Positions 29,035 to 39,830 of a stretch of DNA of 64,000 nucleotides are shown piece by piece. A program made the position numbers and the translations under genes. The stretch is taken from positions 5,219,248 to 5,283,247 of the forward strand of contig OY970325.1 in NCBI GenBank assembly GCA_963717145.1, read 5' to 3'. Within the stretch, counting starts at the first letter, position 1; each line of letters begins with the position of its first letter. The stretch is from an uncultured Armatimonadetes bacterium. GTDB taxonomy: Bacteria; Armatimonadota; UBA5829; DTJY01. The notes under the pieces were generated by a model. The model made no database searches, was not told the DNA's origin, and was given only the letters and a program-made list of their open reading frames with translations.

Positions 29035-32000
29035 ATGGGCGACAAGCCAAAGAAGGTTCGGACACCGATACCGGCGGAGATCGAGCGGCAAGTAAAAGTC
29101 GAGGCAGGCTTTCGCTGCAGCATACCAAGATGTGGAAGCACGTCAGTCTTGGAGATCCACCATATCGATGAAGACGCGAGCAATCATGATTCCACGAATC
29201 TGCTTGTTCTCTGTTCAATCTGTCACGCGCGTATAACCAGAGGGGAGATCGACCAGAAAGCTTGCCGGATGATCAAGCAGGCCATGCTCTCACACGGCGC
29301 GTCACAAGATGAGTTGCTCGCTATCAAGGACACCATCTTCTCAGAGATGCGCAGGCTGGTTGGTCAGCAGGATGTGTCCAGACCTCTTGACGAAGCCGAG
29401 AAGGGGAATATCGGAGTCCCTCTTGGCGTCTTGGACTCGAGTGGAAGACCGGAGAATGGCTTGGTTCCCGTGCGCCCGCCGTTCGCAGATGATCTGAGGA
29501 TCGACGAGAAAGCGGCTATCATGGACGCTCGGGCGCTCACCGAAGTCGACTACATATTCTTTCGGCGTTACTCGGATGGTCGCTCCTCTGTTATCTCTGC
29601 GTACGTTGTCGATAACACCGACGATAGGCTTACTCACGATGGGCTTGCCCAACTGCATCGAAAAGTCTGGCTGCGTGGCACAGTCCCCCTGCTCTACGTC
29701 TTCCAGCATACTCACATAGACCTGCTCGCCTGTGCAAGAGGAGCGGACTTCTGGAGAGATGACGAGGACAGATGCCACTACAACCCTGTGAAATGTATAC
29801 AGATTGCCGGTGACATAACTAATGAACTGAAACGCCTAGCCGAAGGGACGTTTTGGGAAGACCCGGCCAACAGGGAACTTGCCGATTATACAAAAGCTTC
29901 ACACCAGTGTTTGATACAGGCCGTTGTCGAGGCGGATCGCGACCTAAGAGGTAAGGAGAACCCGACACTCCGTCATCTCCTCCTACTGATGGTGCTGATC
30001 AAGTACCTGGAGGATCGCCGTGTTTTTCCGGAGGGTCGGCTATCGCAATTCAGGCCGAGTGCGGAGACCTTCTTCGACATACTCCGAGGTGGCGATCCAT
30101 CCCAAGTCTACGAATGCCTGGATGCCCTGGAATCCAGGTTTGATGGCGATATATTCGCGTTACCCCGCGTCGATATTACCTCTGAGAGACTACACAGCTT
30201 CGCTCGTCTTGTTGAAGCGAGAACGATAGGGCACCAGAGATATCTCTGGACCAGTTTTCATTCGAATACCTGCCGGTGGAGATCATAAGTCATCTGTATC
30301 AACGCTTCGTTGAAGGTGGTCATGGGGCAGTCTACACCCCACCGTTCCTCGCTGCGCTTCTACTAGATCATGCGATGCCCTACGAAGGGCTACGGGGTGA
30401 CGAACGAGTGCTCGACCCGGCGTGCGGCTCCGGCGTATTCCTAGTCGCTGCTTTTCGTAGACTCGTCAATCACTGGCGAAGCAAACACGGGTGGAAGCCG
30501 CCCGATGTAGAGGTGCTCAAATCCATCGCAAAGCATAGCATATTTGGCGTTGAGCTTGATGAGTTCGCGGTCAGTCTCACGGCTTTCAGTTTGTCATTGG
30601 CCATCTGTGACTCATTACATCCCAACGTTATCTGGGACAGGCTGAAGTTTGATCCCTTGTGTCATTCGAATGTGCTACAATCCGACTTCTTTGAGGTACT
30701 GCTTGCCTCTAGGTTAGGCAAGCGTACGATTCTGAATGATGAGTTCGATGTAGTGCTTGGCAATCCTCCCTTCGTGAGCATTCTGTCTGAGGCAGCCAGT
30801 GAAGTGAACCGCGTTTCTAGACGAGATACTTCCCGTGTACCAGTCTCCGACAAGCAGTTAGCTTATCTGTTTCTAGAGCAATCCTTTAGCATTCTTCGCC
30901 CTGGGGGTCGAGTCTGCCTTATTCAGCCTGCGGGATTGCTTCACAACAGGATGGCCAAGGCGTTCCAGCAGGGCTTGTTTCGGAAGCAGACGATCCATGC
31001 GATTCTGGATTTGGCTTCCATACGTAATCTTTACGACGGGGCCGATCCCAGGACCATCGCAGTCTCGGCCACACACAGCCCGCCAAGAAGCGATCATTGG
31101 ATCGAGCATCTGGTGTTTCGTCGTACAGTTAGCGTCAGAGAACGGATATGTTTCGAGCTAGATCACTATGATCGTTTCACGGTGTCCCAGCATGACGCGC
31201 AGACCGACCCCTATGTATGGAGGGTGAATCTATTCGGTGGAGGTCGTCTTCTCGATCTTTCCAGAAGACTAAGAGAGATGCCGACACTGCGGCAGCATCT
31301 CGACCATATGACTGAACGCAGGGGATGGGAGTATGGGGAAGGGTATATCGCAGGAAAGAAGGGCAAGAGATCGAGAGCCCTGTTCCTAACTGGCAAACCG
31401 CTCCTGCCAGCAGTGGCCTTCACAGATGAAGGGATAGATCACACCCAGCTGTCTACCGTGAAGGAGACCACCTTTGCTTCTCCCCGCAGAGAAGCATTCT
31501 ACACGCCGCCACTTATCTTAATTAAGGAAACAGCCTCTCTTCCCATAGTCCTATGGGATGAGGGGCCGATCGCATACGGACATAGGATTGTGGGCATACA
31601 CGCGCCATCGGCGCAATCAGCCGTCTTGCAGTCTATGTATCAGATGCTCAGAGAGCGGCATGCTACATATCGGTTCTGTACCGCTCTACATAGTACGGAA
31701 GCGGGGATAGACAGAGCTACCTCCATCCGAAAGCAGGATCTGGATGCCCTTCCATATCCCGAAAACGCGGAAGAGCTAGCCTTCTGTGATTGGGAGCAGT
31801 CACTCTGTGATGACGTCACTGGCCTGATGTTTGACTACTTACTGAAGGGAGAGGAGTCAATCCTTCTCAGGACAGCGGCAAGCAATGGAGAACTTGATCA
31901 GTACTCAGGCACGTTTGTCCAGATGCTAGGAAGCATCTACCCGAACCTCAAGGCATCCTTTCCACGGTTCACGAACGGCCTCATCTGCCAACCTTTCTAC

Positions 32001-32228
32001 TTCGACGAACTGCCAGATTTGTCATGGCTAGATGAGCCGATGTCGGGCAAGCTGGACGCGCTTATCTATGACCAGCGGCAGCATCTGCGAACGGTCCGTG
32101 TATTGCGTCTATACCTGGATAATGTGCTGCTGCTGATCAAGCCTGACAGGTTGCGGTATTGGATCAGATCTACGGCCATTCGTGATGCAGATGAAACATT
32201 GCTTCACCTACAGGAGTGGGGTTACTAG
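29035..32228 (+). CDS. HNH nuclease fused to a PglX/MmeI-like gamma-class N6-adenine DNA methyltransferase with a C-terminal specificity region. Two caller ORFs are joined across an apparent 1-nt frameshift at about 30200-30240.
   Basis: HNH at residues 25-70: CSIPRCGSTSVLEIHHIDEDASNHDSTNLLVLCSICH. The helical linker (LLLMVLIKYLEDRRVFPEG, FDGDIFAL) and ISLDQFSFEYLPVEIISHLYQRFV continue in frame 0 upstream of the caller GTG start at 30276. Methyltransferase motif I is VLDPACGSGVFLV and motif IV is VVLGNPPFV. Local GC is clearly below the flanking sequence. Confidence 0.65.
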
Positions 32229-32230
32229 TC

Positions 32231-32971
32231 ATGAACAGCGGTTATCCCTACTCAGCGCCAATCGGGAGGATCACAGCGGGTATTGAGCTGGGCACACTCG
32301 CTAACAAGATTATCGATTTCGTTCGCCAGCAGCTGCCAGCATGGAGGGACCACCCCGACCGTGATGATGTCCAGTCGGAGTTCCGCCTAACCTCCCAACT
32401 CTGTGTATTCCTCAATGCCAGGGCGCGCCAGGCTCGCTTCTCTATGATCCAGTTCCATCACGAGCTACCGCAGCCCCGGAGTCGAAGCGTCGATCTATCA
32501 GTACATCCGTTGGATCCCCTGCAGATCGATGCCCGACTCTTCTCAGTATTTCACCCAGTTCTGGTGTTAGAGTGCAAGCGACTTCCCCCTCCAGATCCAA
32601 AACGCGAGAGGGAGTATGTGACAGGCGATGCGAACAAGCGGAGCGGCGGCATACAACGTTTCAAATTGGGTTTGCATGGTTCTGACACCGATGTCGCGGG
32701 TATGATTGGATTTCTCCAGGAGGCCACCGCTCCACATTGGCATAGCACAATCAACGGATGGATTCTTGAGCTATGCAACGGCACTCCGGCCGATGGATGT
32801 ACTTGGAGCAGTGACGAGGTTCTATCGGAGATCGATTGCAGTGTTTCCGGTGGCGTTACCAGCTACTGCTCAGTTCACTCGAGGACTTCCTCAAGATCAG
32901 GCCAGCCTATCACCATCCATCATGTGTGGGTTGCGATGAACCAGCTACAGGGTGCTTGTAGAACGAGTTGA
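32231..32971 (+). CDS. PD-(D/E)xK-like nuclease-fold protein, translationally coupled to the methyltransferase gene
   Basis: Stop TAG at 32226-32228 and ATG at 32231. Possible nuclease motif SVDLSVHP ... PVLVLECKRL (D ... E-x-K). Confidence 0.45.
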   Translation: MNSGYPYSAPIGRITAGIELGTLANKIIDFVRQQLPAWRDHPDRDDVQSEFRLTSQLCVFLNARARQARFSMIQFHHELPQPRSRSVDLSVHPLDPLQIDARLFSVFHPVLVLECKRLPPPDPKREREYVTGDANKRSGGIQRFKLGLHGSDTDVAGMIGFLQEATAPHWHSTINGWILELCNGTPADGCTWSSDEVLSEIDCSVSGGVTSYCSVHSRTSSRSGQPITIHHVWVAMNQLQGACRTS

Positions 32972-33130
32972 TGCCGGTAAGTGGGGTGGTTGGTGGGGCT
33001 ATCTCAGGGAAAGATGTGACCAAATCGTTCTACAGGGGTTCTGTAGAACGATTTGACGCCGGTAAGTGGGGTATTTGGTGGAGGTAACTCACGGAAAGAC
33101 GCCGCCAACGCGGTCTACAGACAGTCTGTA
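32955..33130. repeat. Boundary repeat block at the right end of the low-GC island: direct repeats of TGTAGAACGAnTTGAnGCCGGTAAGTGGGGT plus two hairpins
   Basis: Copies begin at about 32958 and 33041. Hairpins CAAATCGTTCTACAG/CTGTAGAACGATTTG and CGCCGCCAACgcgGTCTACAG/CTGTAGACggaGTTGGCGGCG. Confidence 0.7.
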
Positions 33131-33342
33131 GACGGAGTTGGCGGCGTTTTCATGCCGATTGGGAATCACTGCTGGGGAGTTTGCGCCGTCCGGTAGCCGA
33201 GGGAACCCTGCTGAGAGCCGAGTGGCAGGCCATAATATCTAATAGGTAACGAGTAATGAGTAAGCAGGAGGAACGCGCGCTCATCTTTCGCCGGTCATTA
33301 CTTGTTACCCATTACCCATTGCGCCTTACCGGGAGGATACCC

Positions 33343-34002
33343 ATGGCTGGAGATTATGTTCCACATTCGGAGTTGAAGCTGATCAGTTGGGCGGAGAAGT
33401 TCGTGGGCTTCCTGGAGGATCATGCCGCCGAGACCGGCCTGCCTCCCGAGGAACTGGCGGCGGTCCGGTCGGAGTTCGATGAGTTCGCAAGCGCCTTTGC
33501 CGCGCACGACGCCGCTCGGGTTCACGCAAAGGCAATGTGCAGCGTGAAGGATGATGCCCGGCGGCCACTGGTGAACAGACTTCGCTCGATCGCCACGCGC
33601 GTGAAGGTCAATATGACCATCGATGCCGAGGTCAAGAACGGGGCACGGGCAGTCATCGGCAAGTCGCCTCGACACCCGCGGATGGGAGTATCCGACGACC
33701 GCCCGCACGCGATCATAGATACCGGGCAGCGGCTGAGGCACATCTTCCGCATCATGAACGAGAATACACAGGGCATACACAAGGCTCGGCCGTCGGATGT
33801 CGTCGCCTGCGAGCTTTGGAGGCGGAACGGCGATGGGACCGGCGACTGGAAATACGTTGGCGGCAAGTCGGGCAAGCCGTTTGCTATCCTGTATCGCGAG
33901 GAGGACTCCGGCAAGCAGGTGCAGTACCGGCTGCGCTGGGTCGGCCGCCAGGGTGTTAAGGGCGGCTGGAGCGGAATCAAGATCGCGACGATCGCGGCGT
34001 AA
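33343..34002 (+). CDS. Hypothetical protein, paralog of the gene at 62769-63443
   Basis: Shared N-terminus (MAGDYVPHSELKLISWAEKF versus MGGYLPGSDLELQVWMNKF) and C-terminus (RWVGRQGVKGGWSGIKIATIAA versus RWVYTNGVKGAWSDLESATIAA). Confidence 0.5.
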   Translation: MAGDYVPHSELKLISWAEKFVGFLEDHAAETGLPPEELAAVRSEFDEFASAFAAHDAARVHAKAMCSVKDDARRPLVNRLRSIATRVKVNMTIDAEVKNGARAVIGKSPRHPRMGVSDDRPHAIIDTGQRLRHIFRIMNENTQGIHKARPSDVVACELWRRNGDGTGDWKYVGGKSGKPFAILYREEDSGKQVQYRLRWVGRQGVKGGWSGIKIATIAA

Positions 34003-34250
34003 TGCGGAATGCGGATTGCGGAATGGGGCGGGGACGATGGGGTCCCCGCCCATCCTGCATTCTTGTCTGAGCCGGACGAAAGACACCGGCATACTCAGGG
34101 CTGACGGGGTGGGGGAGCGAACACCTGTGCCCAACATGCTCCTTCGAAAGAAACTCCCTACTGGGTGGGCGGGCGGGTACAAACTCCGGGAACGGCGACC
34201 GCATCCGGAGTTTGTACCCGCCCGCCCACCCAGTAGGGAGTTTCTTTTAC
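34003..34250. repeat. Post-stop hairpin built from CGGAAT-type repeats (34003-34062), followed by a long palindrome with about 45-bp arms (34147-34250)
   Basis: TAATGCGGAATGCGGATTGCGGAATGGGGCGGGGACGATGGGGTCCCCGCCCATCC. Then GAAAGAAACTCCCTACTGGGTGGGCGGGCGGGTACAAACTCCGG ... CCGGAGTTTGTACCCGCCCGCCCACCCAGTAGGGAGTTTCTTT. Confidence 0.8.
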
Positions 34251-34262
34251 TCCCATACTCCC

Positions 34263-36083
34263 TCACTCCTTGCCTCTGACCATCCAGGCCGTGCTGTGCG
34301 GGGGGATAGCGAGCCTCTGGGATGAAAGCCCGGTCGCGGGGAATGCCCTGCCGGGCGACTCGACGCTGACGGCGGTGGGCGAGTCCCAGTGATTGACCGC
34401 GACATCCACCTCGTAGCCATCCCCGACGAGGAGGGCGGTCTCGACGCCCGGGGTCGCGGGCAGACGGGATGCGCGGAGGGCGTCCGACATCTCTCTGAGA
34501 GTCGATTTCAGCGGACCGAGGCCGGAGTCCTCGCCGCCGTCGAGGGAGAGCGTGATGATCGTCGCCCCGCGCTTCTCGGCATCGGCAAGCGCGTCCCGGA
34601 ACGCGTCGGAGTAGGGCGCATCGGGGACGACGAGCAGCTTGTACGGGTCGATCTTGTCGGTGCTGGAGAATGCCCAGTCCACGGGGACATCCGCGTCGTG
34701 GAAAGTCTGCCAGATTCGTACCAGGCGGCGGTCGAGCGGGATCTCATCGGCATTGCGCATCACATACGCCTCGTAGGGCATCACGATGGCGGCTCGTGAG
34801 GGTGCAGGCTTCGCGGCGTAGAGGTAGGGCGCGACCTCCAGGAACGTCTTGTTCGCGTCGGCGGCTTCCTCGGACGCCTTCTTCTGCCAGAGGGGAGCGT
34901 CCGCCTCCCGCCGGCCCGTGGCGATGACGCCCGCGCGGTCGTCACGTTCGTTGTAGCCGTAGTGGAGGGGGAGCAAGCCGCGCGCGGACATACTGCCGAG
35001 CATCTCCGACTGACCCCACGGGCGGTGGAACTCGACCGGGCGGGCGGTCCACGCCTTGTAGCCCGAGTCGAGGTAGTAGATCAGCGCGCCGATCCGCCCC
35101 ACGGAGGCCGACTTCATCAGATCGGCGTCGGCGAGGACGAACTCGAGGCCGTCGTCGCCGTCCGGTTCGTCGCCGATCACGTCGAAATCCTTCCAAAGCT
35201 CGGGCCGGATCGCCCTTCGACCGATGCCGCCCTGGTTGACTCCGCTCTTGCTGCCTTCGAGGAGTCCGTGCTGGCGGAACGCGACCATCGTGTAGAGGCC
35301 GGGGAACTTCGCCTTGAGCCCGCGAGCGACCTGGCCCCAGCCGTCCGCAATGTACTGAGCGCGGAACTCGCCCCAGAGGAGGAGGGCGTCCTGCCTGTCG
35401 GTGTCGGTCGACTTCGGCGGCGTATCGGCGATCACCTTGCCGACGTGCTGCTTCTGGTACTCGATCCATGCGGCATTCGTGTCGGCGGAGTACTCCAGCC
35501 AGTCGCCGTTGTAGTCGGCCATGCCTGTCTCATAGATCACGAGCATGAGCGGATGATGCTTGCCGTCTGGCCCGAGGATTCGGGGCCACGCGGGATGGTC
35601 GATGTAGCGGGCGATCATCTGCGCCTCGTAATCGACCATGGCGGACACCCACTCGGGATCGCCCCACCGGGCGACGCATCCCGGGCAGAAGTTGGTCGGC
35701 GGCGCGCCCATCTCGGTGATCGGCGGCTCATGGCGCTGGGCGAACGGACCGCCCGCGTGGTAGTTCGCGTTCCACTGATCGGGCATCACCATCAGGCCGA
35801 GGCGCTCTGCGGTGGCGTAGTAGTGGTCCCAGACCTCGCCGAGCGAGAGATGCGTGTAGTCGGTATAGGCGACGGTCCATCCCCGGGCGACGACATCCTC
35901 GAGGTCGCGGTCCATGAGCGCGTACTCGGAGGGGAAGTCGTAGTACCGCTCGTAGTACATCGTGGAGACGAACGGCTTCCCGTTCTGGAGCATGCCGGTG
36001 AACGCCTTCGGCGGCTCGGGGATGTCGGCGGCCATCGCGCCGGATATGGTGGATATTGCGATCATCAGAATCACCGCTTTCAT
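34263..36083 (-). CDS. Secreted glycoside-hydrolase-like protein (TIM-barrel type with a C-terminal trimerisation-like domain)
   Basis: Signal peptide MKAVILMIAISTISGAMA. Tyr/Trp-rich barrel region. C-terminal KLLVVPDAPYSDAFRDALADAEKRGATIITL. Family assignment is tentative. Confidence 0.5.
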   Translation of the reverse strand: MKAVILMIAISTISGAMAADIPEPPKAFTGMLQNGKPFVSTMYYERYYDFPSEYALMDRDLEDVVARGWTVAYTDYTHLSLGEVWDHYYATAERLGLMVMPDQWNANYHAGGPFAQRHEPPITEMGAPPTNFCPGCVARWGDPEWVSAMVDYEAQMIARYIDHPAWPRILGPDGKHHPLMLVIYETGMADYNGDWLEYSADTNAAWIEYQKQHVGKVIADTPPKSTDTDRQDALLLWGEFRAQYIADGWGQVARGLKAKFPGLYTMVAFRQHGLLEGSKSGVNQGGIGRRAIRPELWKDFDVIGDEPDGDDGLEFVLADADLMKSASVGRIGALIYYLDSGYKAWTARPVEFHRPWGQSEMLGSMSARGLLPLHYGYNERDDRAGVIATGRREADAPLWQKKASEEAADANKTFLEVAPYLYAAKPAPSRAAIVMPYEAYVMRNADEIPLDRRLVRIWQTFHDADVPVDWAFSSTDKIDPYKLLVVPDAPYSDAFRDALADAEKRGATIITLSLDGGEDSGLGPLKSTLREMSDALRASRLPATPGVETALLVGDGYEVDVAVNHWDSPTAVSVESPGRAFPATGLSSQRLAIPPHSTAWMVRGKE

Positions 36084-36120
36084 AGTTCGATCTCCTTCGG
36101 GAGCGCCGATCACGTTCGGG

Positions 36121-36228
36121 CTGGAGTTGTACTCCAGCCCGCATAACTGACCGCGGAGTTGGACTCCGCTCGGACGGGGAGTACAACTCCCCTGGTTAGT
36201 GTCGCGTGCCGGAGTACAACTCCGGCAC
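36121..36228. repeat. Family D REP-like element (three GGAGTTGTACTCC-type hairpins) between convergent or divergent genes
   Basis: CTGGAGTTGTACTCCAG, GCGGAGTTGGACTCCGC, GGGGAGTACAACTCCCC, CCGGAGTACAACTCCGG. Confidence 0.8.
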
Positions 36229-36239
36229 GAACAGGGTGG

Positions 36240-38305
36240 TTATGTCTTGGTCTCCAATTTGGCCGGGCTTTCGCCGGACCGAATACGGGCGTACTCGATC
36301 AACCCGGCGAAGGGGTTCGCGTCCTTGTAGCCCCCGACGAGCGAGCCGTGGTCCACTCCGACCTGCAGACCCTCGACCGGCTTCACCGGGAGCCGGCCGA
36401 TGTCGTTCGAGGCGACGAGCTTCCTGTCCACCCACAACTGCGCGCCCTTCGACGTGAGATTGGCGTTGATGCGGGACCATCCCTCGCCGATCGGATACTT
36501 CGCCGCGACCTCGGTCAGCGCCCCGTCGATGCGGATCGCGAGCGTGGGGATTCTATCCCTAAGGTAGAGCGCGTACCCGTGGCTCTCTCCTCCCTGGGCG
36601 AGGATGACGCCATCCGACTCGGGCTTCACCATTGCCTCCACGTTCCAGTCGATCGCGCCGGGATCGAGGCTCTTGGAGGGTGGGACATCGACGAAATCGC
36701 CTTTCGCGAGCTTCAAGACCTTCTTGCCGCCGTCTTCCACGAACGTCCCGCCGTGGAGCGTGCCATGGTTCCCCTGGCCGGAGAGATCATCAGCGTTCCC
36801 CTTGCTGAAGTCGAAACTCAGCACCGGGCCGATCACCCGCTCGACCTTCTCACCGACGACCGGCGGCGCTCCGAGTTGGACTCCCTCGGGGTAGCCGGTC
36901 GCCTTTTTGAGCCGTGCAAGTTCCTTCCGCATCTCCTTGAGCCTGACCGCATGAGCCGGATCCTGCGCGAGGTTGTGCATCTCGATGGGATCGGCCTTCA
37001 GGTCGTACAGCTCGTCGATGTCGTTCATGTCCGGATAGGTGCAGTACTTCCATCGATCCGTGCGGACGCCGAGCATGAGGGGAAGGCCCGCCGCCCAAGA
37101 CTCGCGGAAGTATTCGTACAGGAACGACTCGTGGCCCGGCTTGCCCTTCAGGACGGGGACCATCGAGCGCCCCTGCATGCCCTCGGGGATCTTCACGCCC
37201 GCGAGTTCGAGCACGGTCGGCGCAAGGTCGATGTTCAACACAGTGCCGTCCACCTTGCTGCCTGCCTTGACGAGCTTCGGGTAGCGCACGAGCATCGGGA
37301 TGCGGATCGATTCCTCATACATCAGCCGCTTGTCGCCGAGTCCGTGCTCGCCGACGAAGTATCCGTTGTCGCCCGCGAAGACGATGATCGTGTTGTCGAG
37401 CTTCCCGGCCTTCTCCAGCGTATCGAGCACGCGCCCGATGCTCTCGTCGATCCCGAGGATCGTGCGGTAGTAGTCCATCATACCCTTGCCGTTCCAGTCA
37501 CCGCGCTTTATCTCGTCGGGGATCGGCTGGCCCTCGCTCGCGGCCCACTGGTTGCGCTGCATACCATGGGTGAACGCGCGTCTCATCCACTTCGGCTTGT
37601 CGGCGAACGTGTCCTTGAAGCTCGCGGGCTCGGGGATGGAGTCGTCGGCGAATGCATCCCTGTGCCGGGGCGCGGGGTGAAGGGCCCGTGCACCGCCTTG
37701 TGGGAGAGCACCATGCAGAACGGCTGGGTCCGATCCTTCCTCAGCCACCTGAGGGCGTAGTCGGTCAGGATGTCGCTCATGTACCCCTTGGCCCTGAACT
37801 CGCGACCGTTCTCGTTCAGCTTCGGGTCCTCATAGACTCCCTGCCCGAGGAAGCTGAGCCAGTAGTCGAATCCCGGGCGAGGATTCGACGTCGGGGCCTG
37901 ATGCCACTTCCCCACGAACGCGGTATCGTAGCCAGCATCCTGGAGAAGCTTGGGGAACGTGGGACATGAGGGATCGGGATCGAAGCCCTCGTTGGTGACG
38001 ACGCCGTGCTTGTGGGCATAGGTCCCGGTCAGGAAGCACGCTCGGCTCGGGGAGCAGAGCGCGATCGTGACGAACGCATTCCGGACGTGCGCTCCCTCGC
38101 GGGCGATGCGGTCGAGGTTCGGCGTCTTGAACCACGACGGGTGACCCATGAACCCCATTGCGTCATGGCGCTGGTCGTCGGTCAGGATGAAGAGGATGTT
38201 CGGCCGCTCGCCTGCATCGGCCTCATCCATGGAGAGCCCGGCGGCGAGTACCCCGGCTGTTGCCATCCCCCGACTCAGGAATTCACGTCGTGTGATTGTG
38301 GTCAT
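36240..38305 (-). CDS. Arylsulfatase (formylglycine-dependent sulfatase) with a TAT signal, split by a frameshift in a C-run near 37690
   Basis: TRREFLSRGMATAGVLAAG twin-arginine signal. CSPSRACFLTG sulfatase signature. The junction ...HKAVHGPFTP / (A)PRHRDAFADDSIPEP is restored by adding one C. Paralog of the gene at 38318. Confidence 0.7.
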
Positions 38306-38317
38306 TGTGTTCTCCTG

Positions 38318-39814
38318 CTAATCCTTGCGTTCGCCGCCGGTTACCGGCTCGGTCTTGGCGGCGGTCACCGGAGGCCGGCCAACTTGAACGCCCTCGGGGT
38401 ATCCGTTCGCCTTCTTGAGTCGGGCAAGCTCGTCCCGCATCTCCTTGAGCTTCTCCGCATGAGCCGGATCCTGGGAGAGGTTCGTCAACTCGTTTGGATC
38501 GCTCTTCACGTCGTACAGCTCCTCGATGTCATTCATGTCGGGATACGAGCAGTACTTCCATCGACCGCTTACAACTCCGAGCATGAGCGGCATGCCCGGC
38601 AGGCTCTCCTCGCGGAAATACTCGTAGAGGAACGACTTACGCCCCGCTTTCCCTTGCAGGACGGGGAGCATCGAACTGCCCTGCACGCTCTCGGGCGACT
38701 TCACGCCGGCGAGTTCCAGGAATGTGGCAGCGAGGTCTATATTCAGGACGGTCCCATCGACCTTGCTCCCCGCTTTCACGAGTTTTGGATAGCGCACGAG
38801 CATCGGGATGCGGATCGACGACTCATAGATCAGCCGCTTGGTGTTCAATCCGTGCTCGCCGAGGAAGTACCCATTGTCGCCCGCGAAGACGATGAACGTG
38901 TTGTCGAGGCGGCCGGACGCCTCAAGTTCACTCAGCACTCGCCCGACGCTGTCGTCGATCGCAAGTAGGGTCCGATAGTAGTCCAGCCCGTTCTTGCCGT
39001 CCCAGGGCTTCCTCTCGACCTTTTCGGGGATCGGCTTGCCCTCGCTTTCGGGCCACGTGCCGGGACCTGCCCCAGAGGTGAAGGCACGCCTCATCCACTT
39101 GGGCTTGCCGGCGAACGTATCCCTGTAGTTCGCGGGCTCTGGGAGGGATTCGTTCGCGAATGCATCCTTGTGCCTGGGAGCAGGGGTGAACGGCGCGTGG
39201 ATCGCCTTGTGGGCGAGCACCATGCAGAACGGCTGGGTACGGTCCCTTTTCAGCCACTTGATGGCATAGTCGGTCAGGATGTCCGTCATATAACCGGCGG
39301 CCTTGAACTCACGACCGTTCTCATTCAGGTCCGGGTCCTCGTACACTCCCTGGCCGAGAAAGCTCAGCCAGTAGTCGAAGCCCGGCCTGGGATCCGACTT
39401 CGGTGCCTGGTGCCATTTGCCGATGTAGGCAGTCTTGTACCCGGCTTTCTGGAGAAGTTGGGCGAAGTTGGGGCATGAGGGATCGGGGTCATAGCCCTCA
39501 TTGTTGACCACCCCGTGCTTGTGGGGGTAGGCCCCTGTGAGGAACGTGGCGCGACTGGGGGCACAGAGCGCCAGTACCACATAGGCGTTCCGGACGTGCG
39601 CCCCCTCTCGAGCGATGCGGTCGAGGTTCGGCGTCTTGAGGAACGGCGTCTTTCCCATGAACCCCAGGGCGTCGAAGCGTTGGTCGTCGGTCAGGATGAA
39701 CAGGATGTTCGGCCGCTCGTCTGCACTGGCCTCACTCATGGAGAGCACGGCGGCGAGTACCCCGGCCGCGGCAATTCCTCCAGTCATGAAGTCACGTCGT
39801 GTAATCGTGGTCAT
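38318..39814 (-). CDS. Arylsulfatase (formylglycine-dependent), TAT-exported
   Basis: TRRDFMTGGIAAAGVLAAV twin-arginine signal. CAPSRATFLTG. 498 aa, intact. Confidence 0.85.
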   Translation of the reverse strand: MTTITRRDFMTGGIAAAGVLAAVLSMSEASADERPNILFILTDDQRFDALGFMGKTPFLKTPNLDRIAREGAHVRNAYVVLALCAPSRATFLTGAYPHKHGVVNNEGYDPDPSCPNFAQLLQKAGYKTAYIGKWHQAPKSDPRPGFDYWLSFLGQGVYEDPDLNENGREFKAAGYMTDILTDYAIKWLKRDRTQPFCMVLAHKAIHAPFTPAPRHKDAFANESLPEPANYRDTFAGKPKWMRRAFTSGAGPGTWPESEGKPIPEKVERKPWDGKNGLDYYRTLLAIDDSVGRVLSELEASGRLDNTFIVFAGDNGYFLGEHGLNTKRLIYESSIRIPMLVRYPKLVKAGSKVDGTVLNIDLAATFLELAGVKSPESVQGSSMLPVLQGKAGRKSFLYEYFREESLPGMPLMLGVVSGRWKYCSYPDMNDIEELYDVKSDPNELTNLSQDPAHAEKLKEMRDELARLKKANGYPEGVQVGRPPVTAAKTEPVTGGERKD

Positions 39815-39830
39815 CTTTGTGCTCCTTAAG

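Noticed and set aside
29035-32971. BREX system
   Set aside because: The methyltransferase is PglX-like, but no PglZ, BrxC/PglY, BrxA or BrxL genes accompany it. The architecture fits a Type IIG-like enzyme better.
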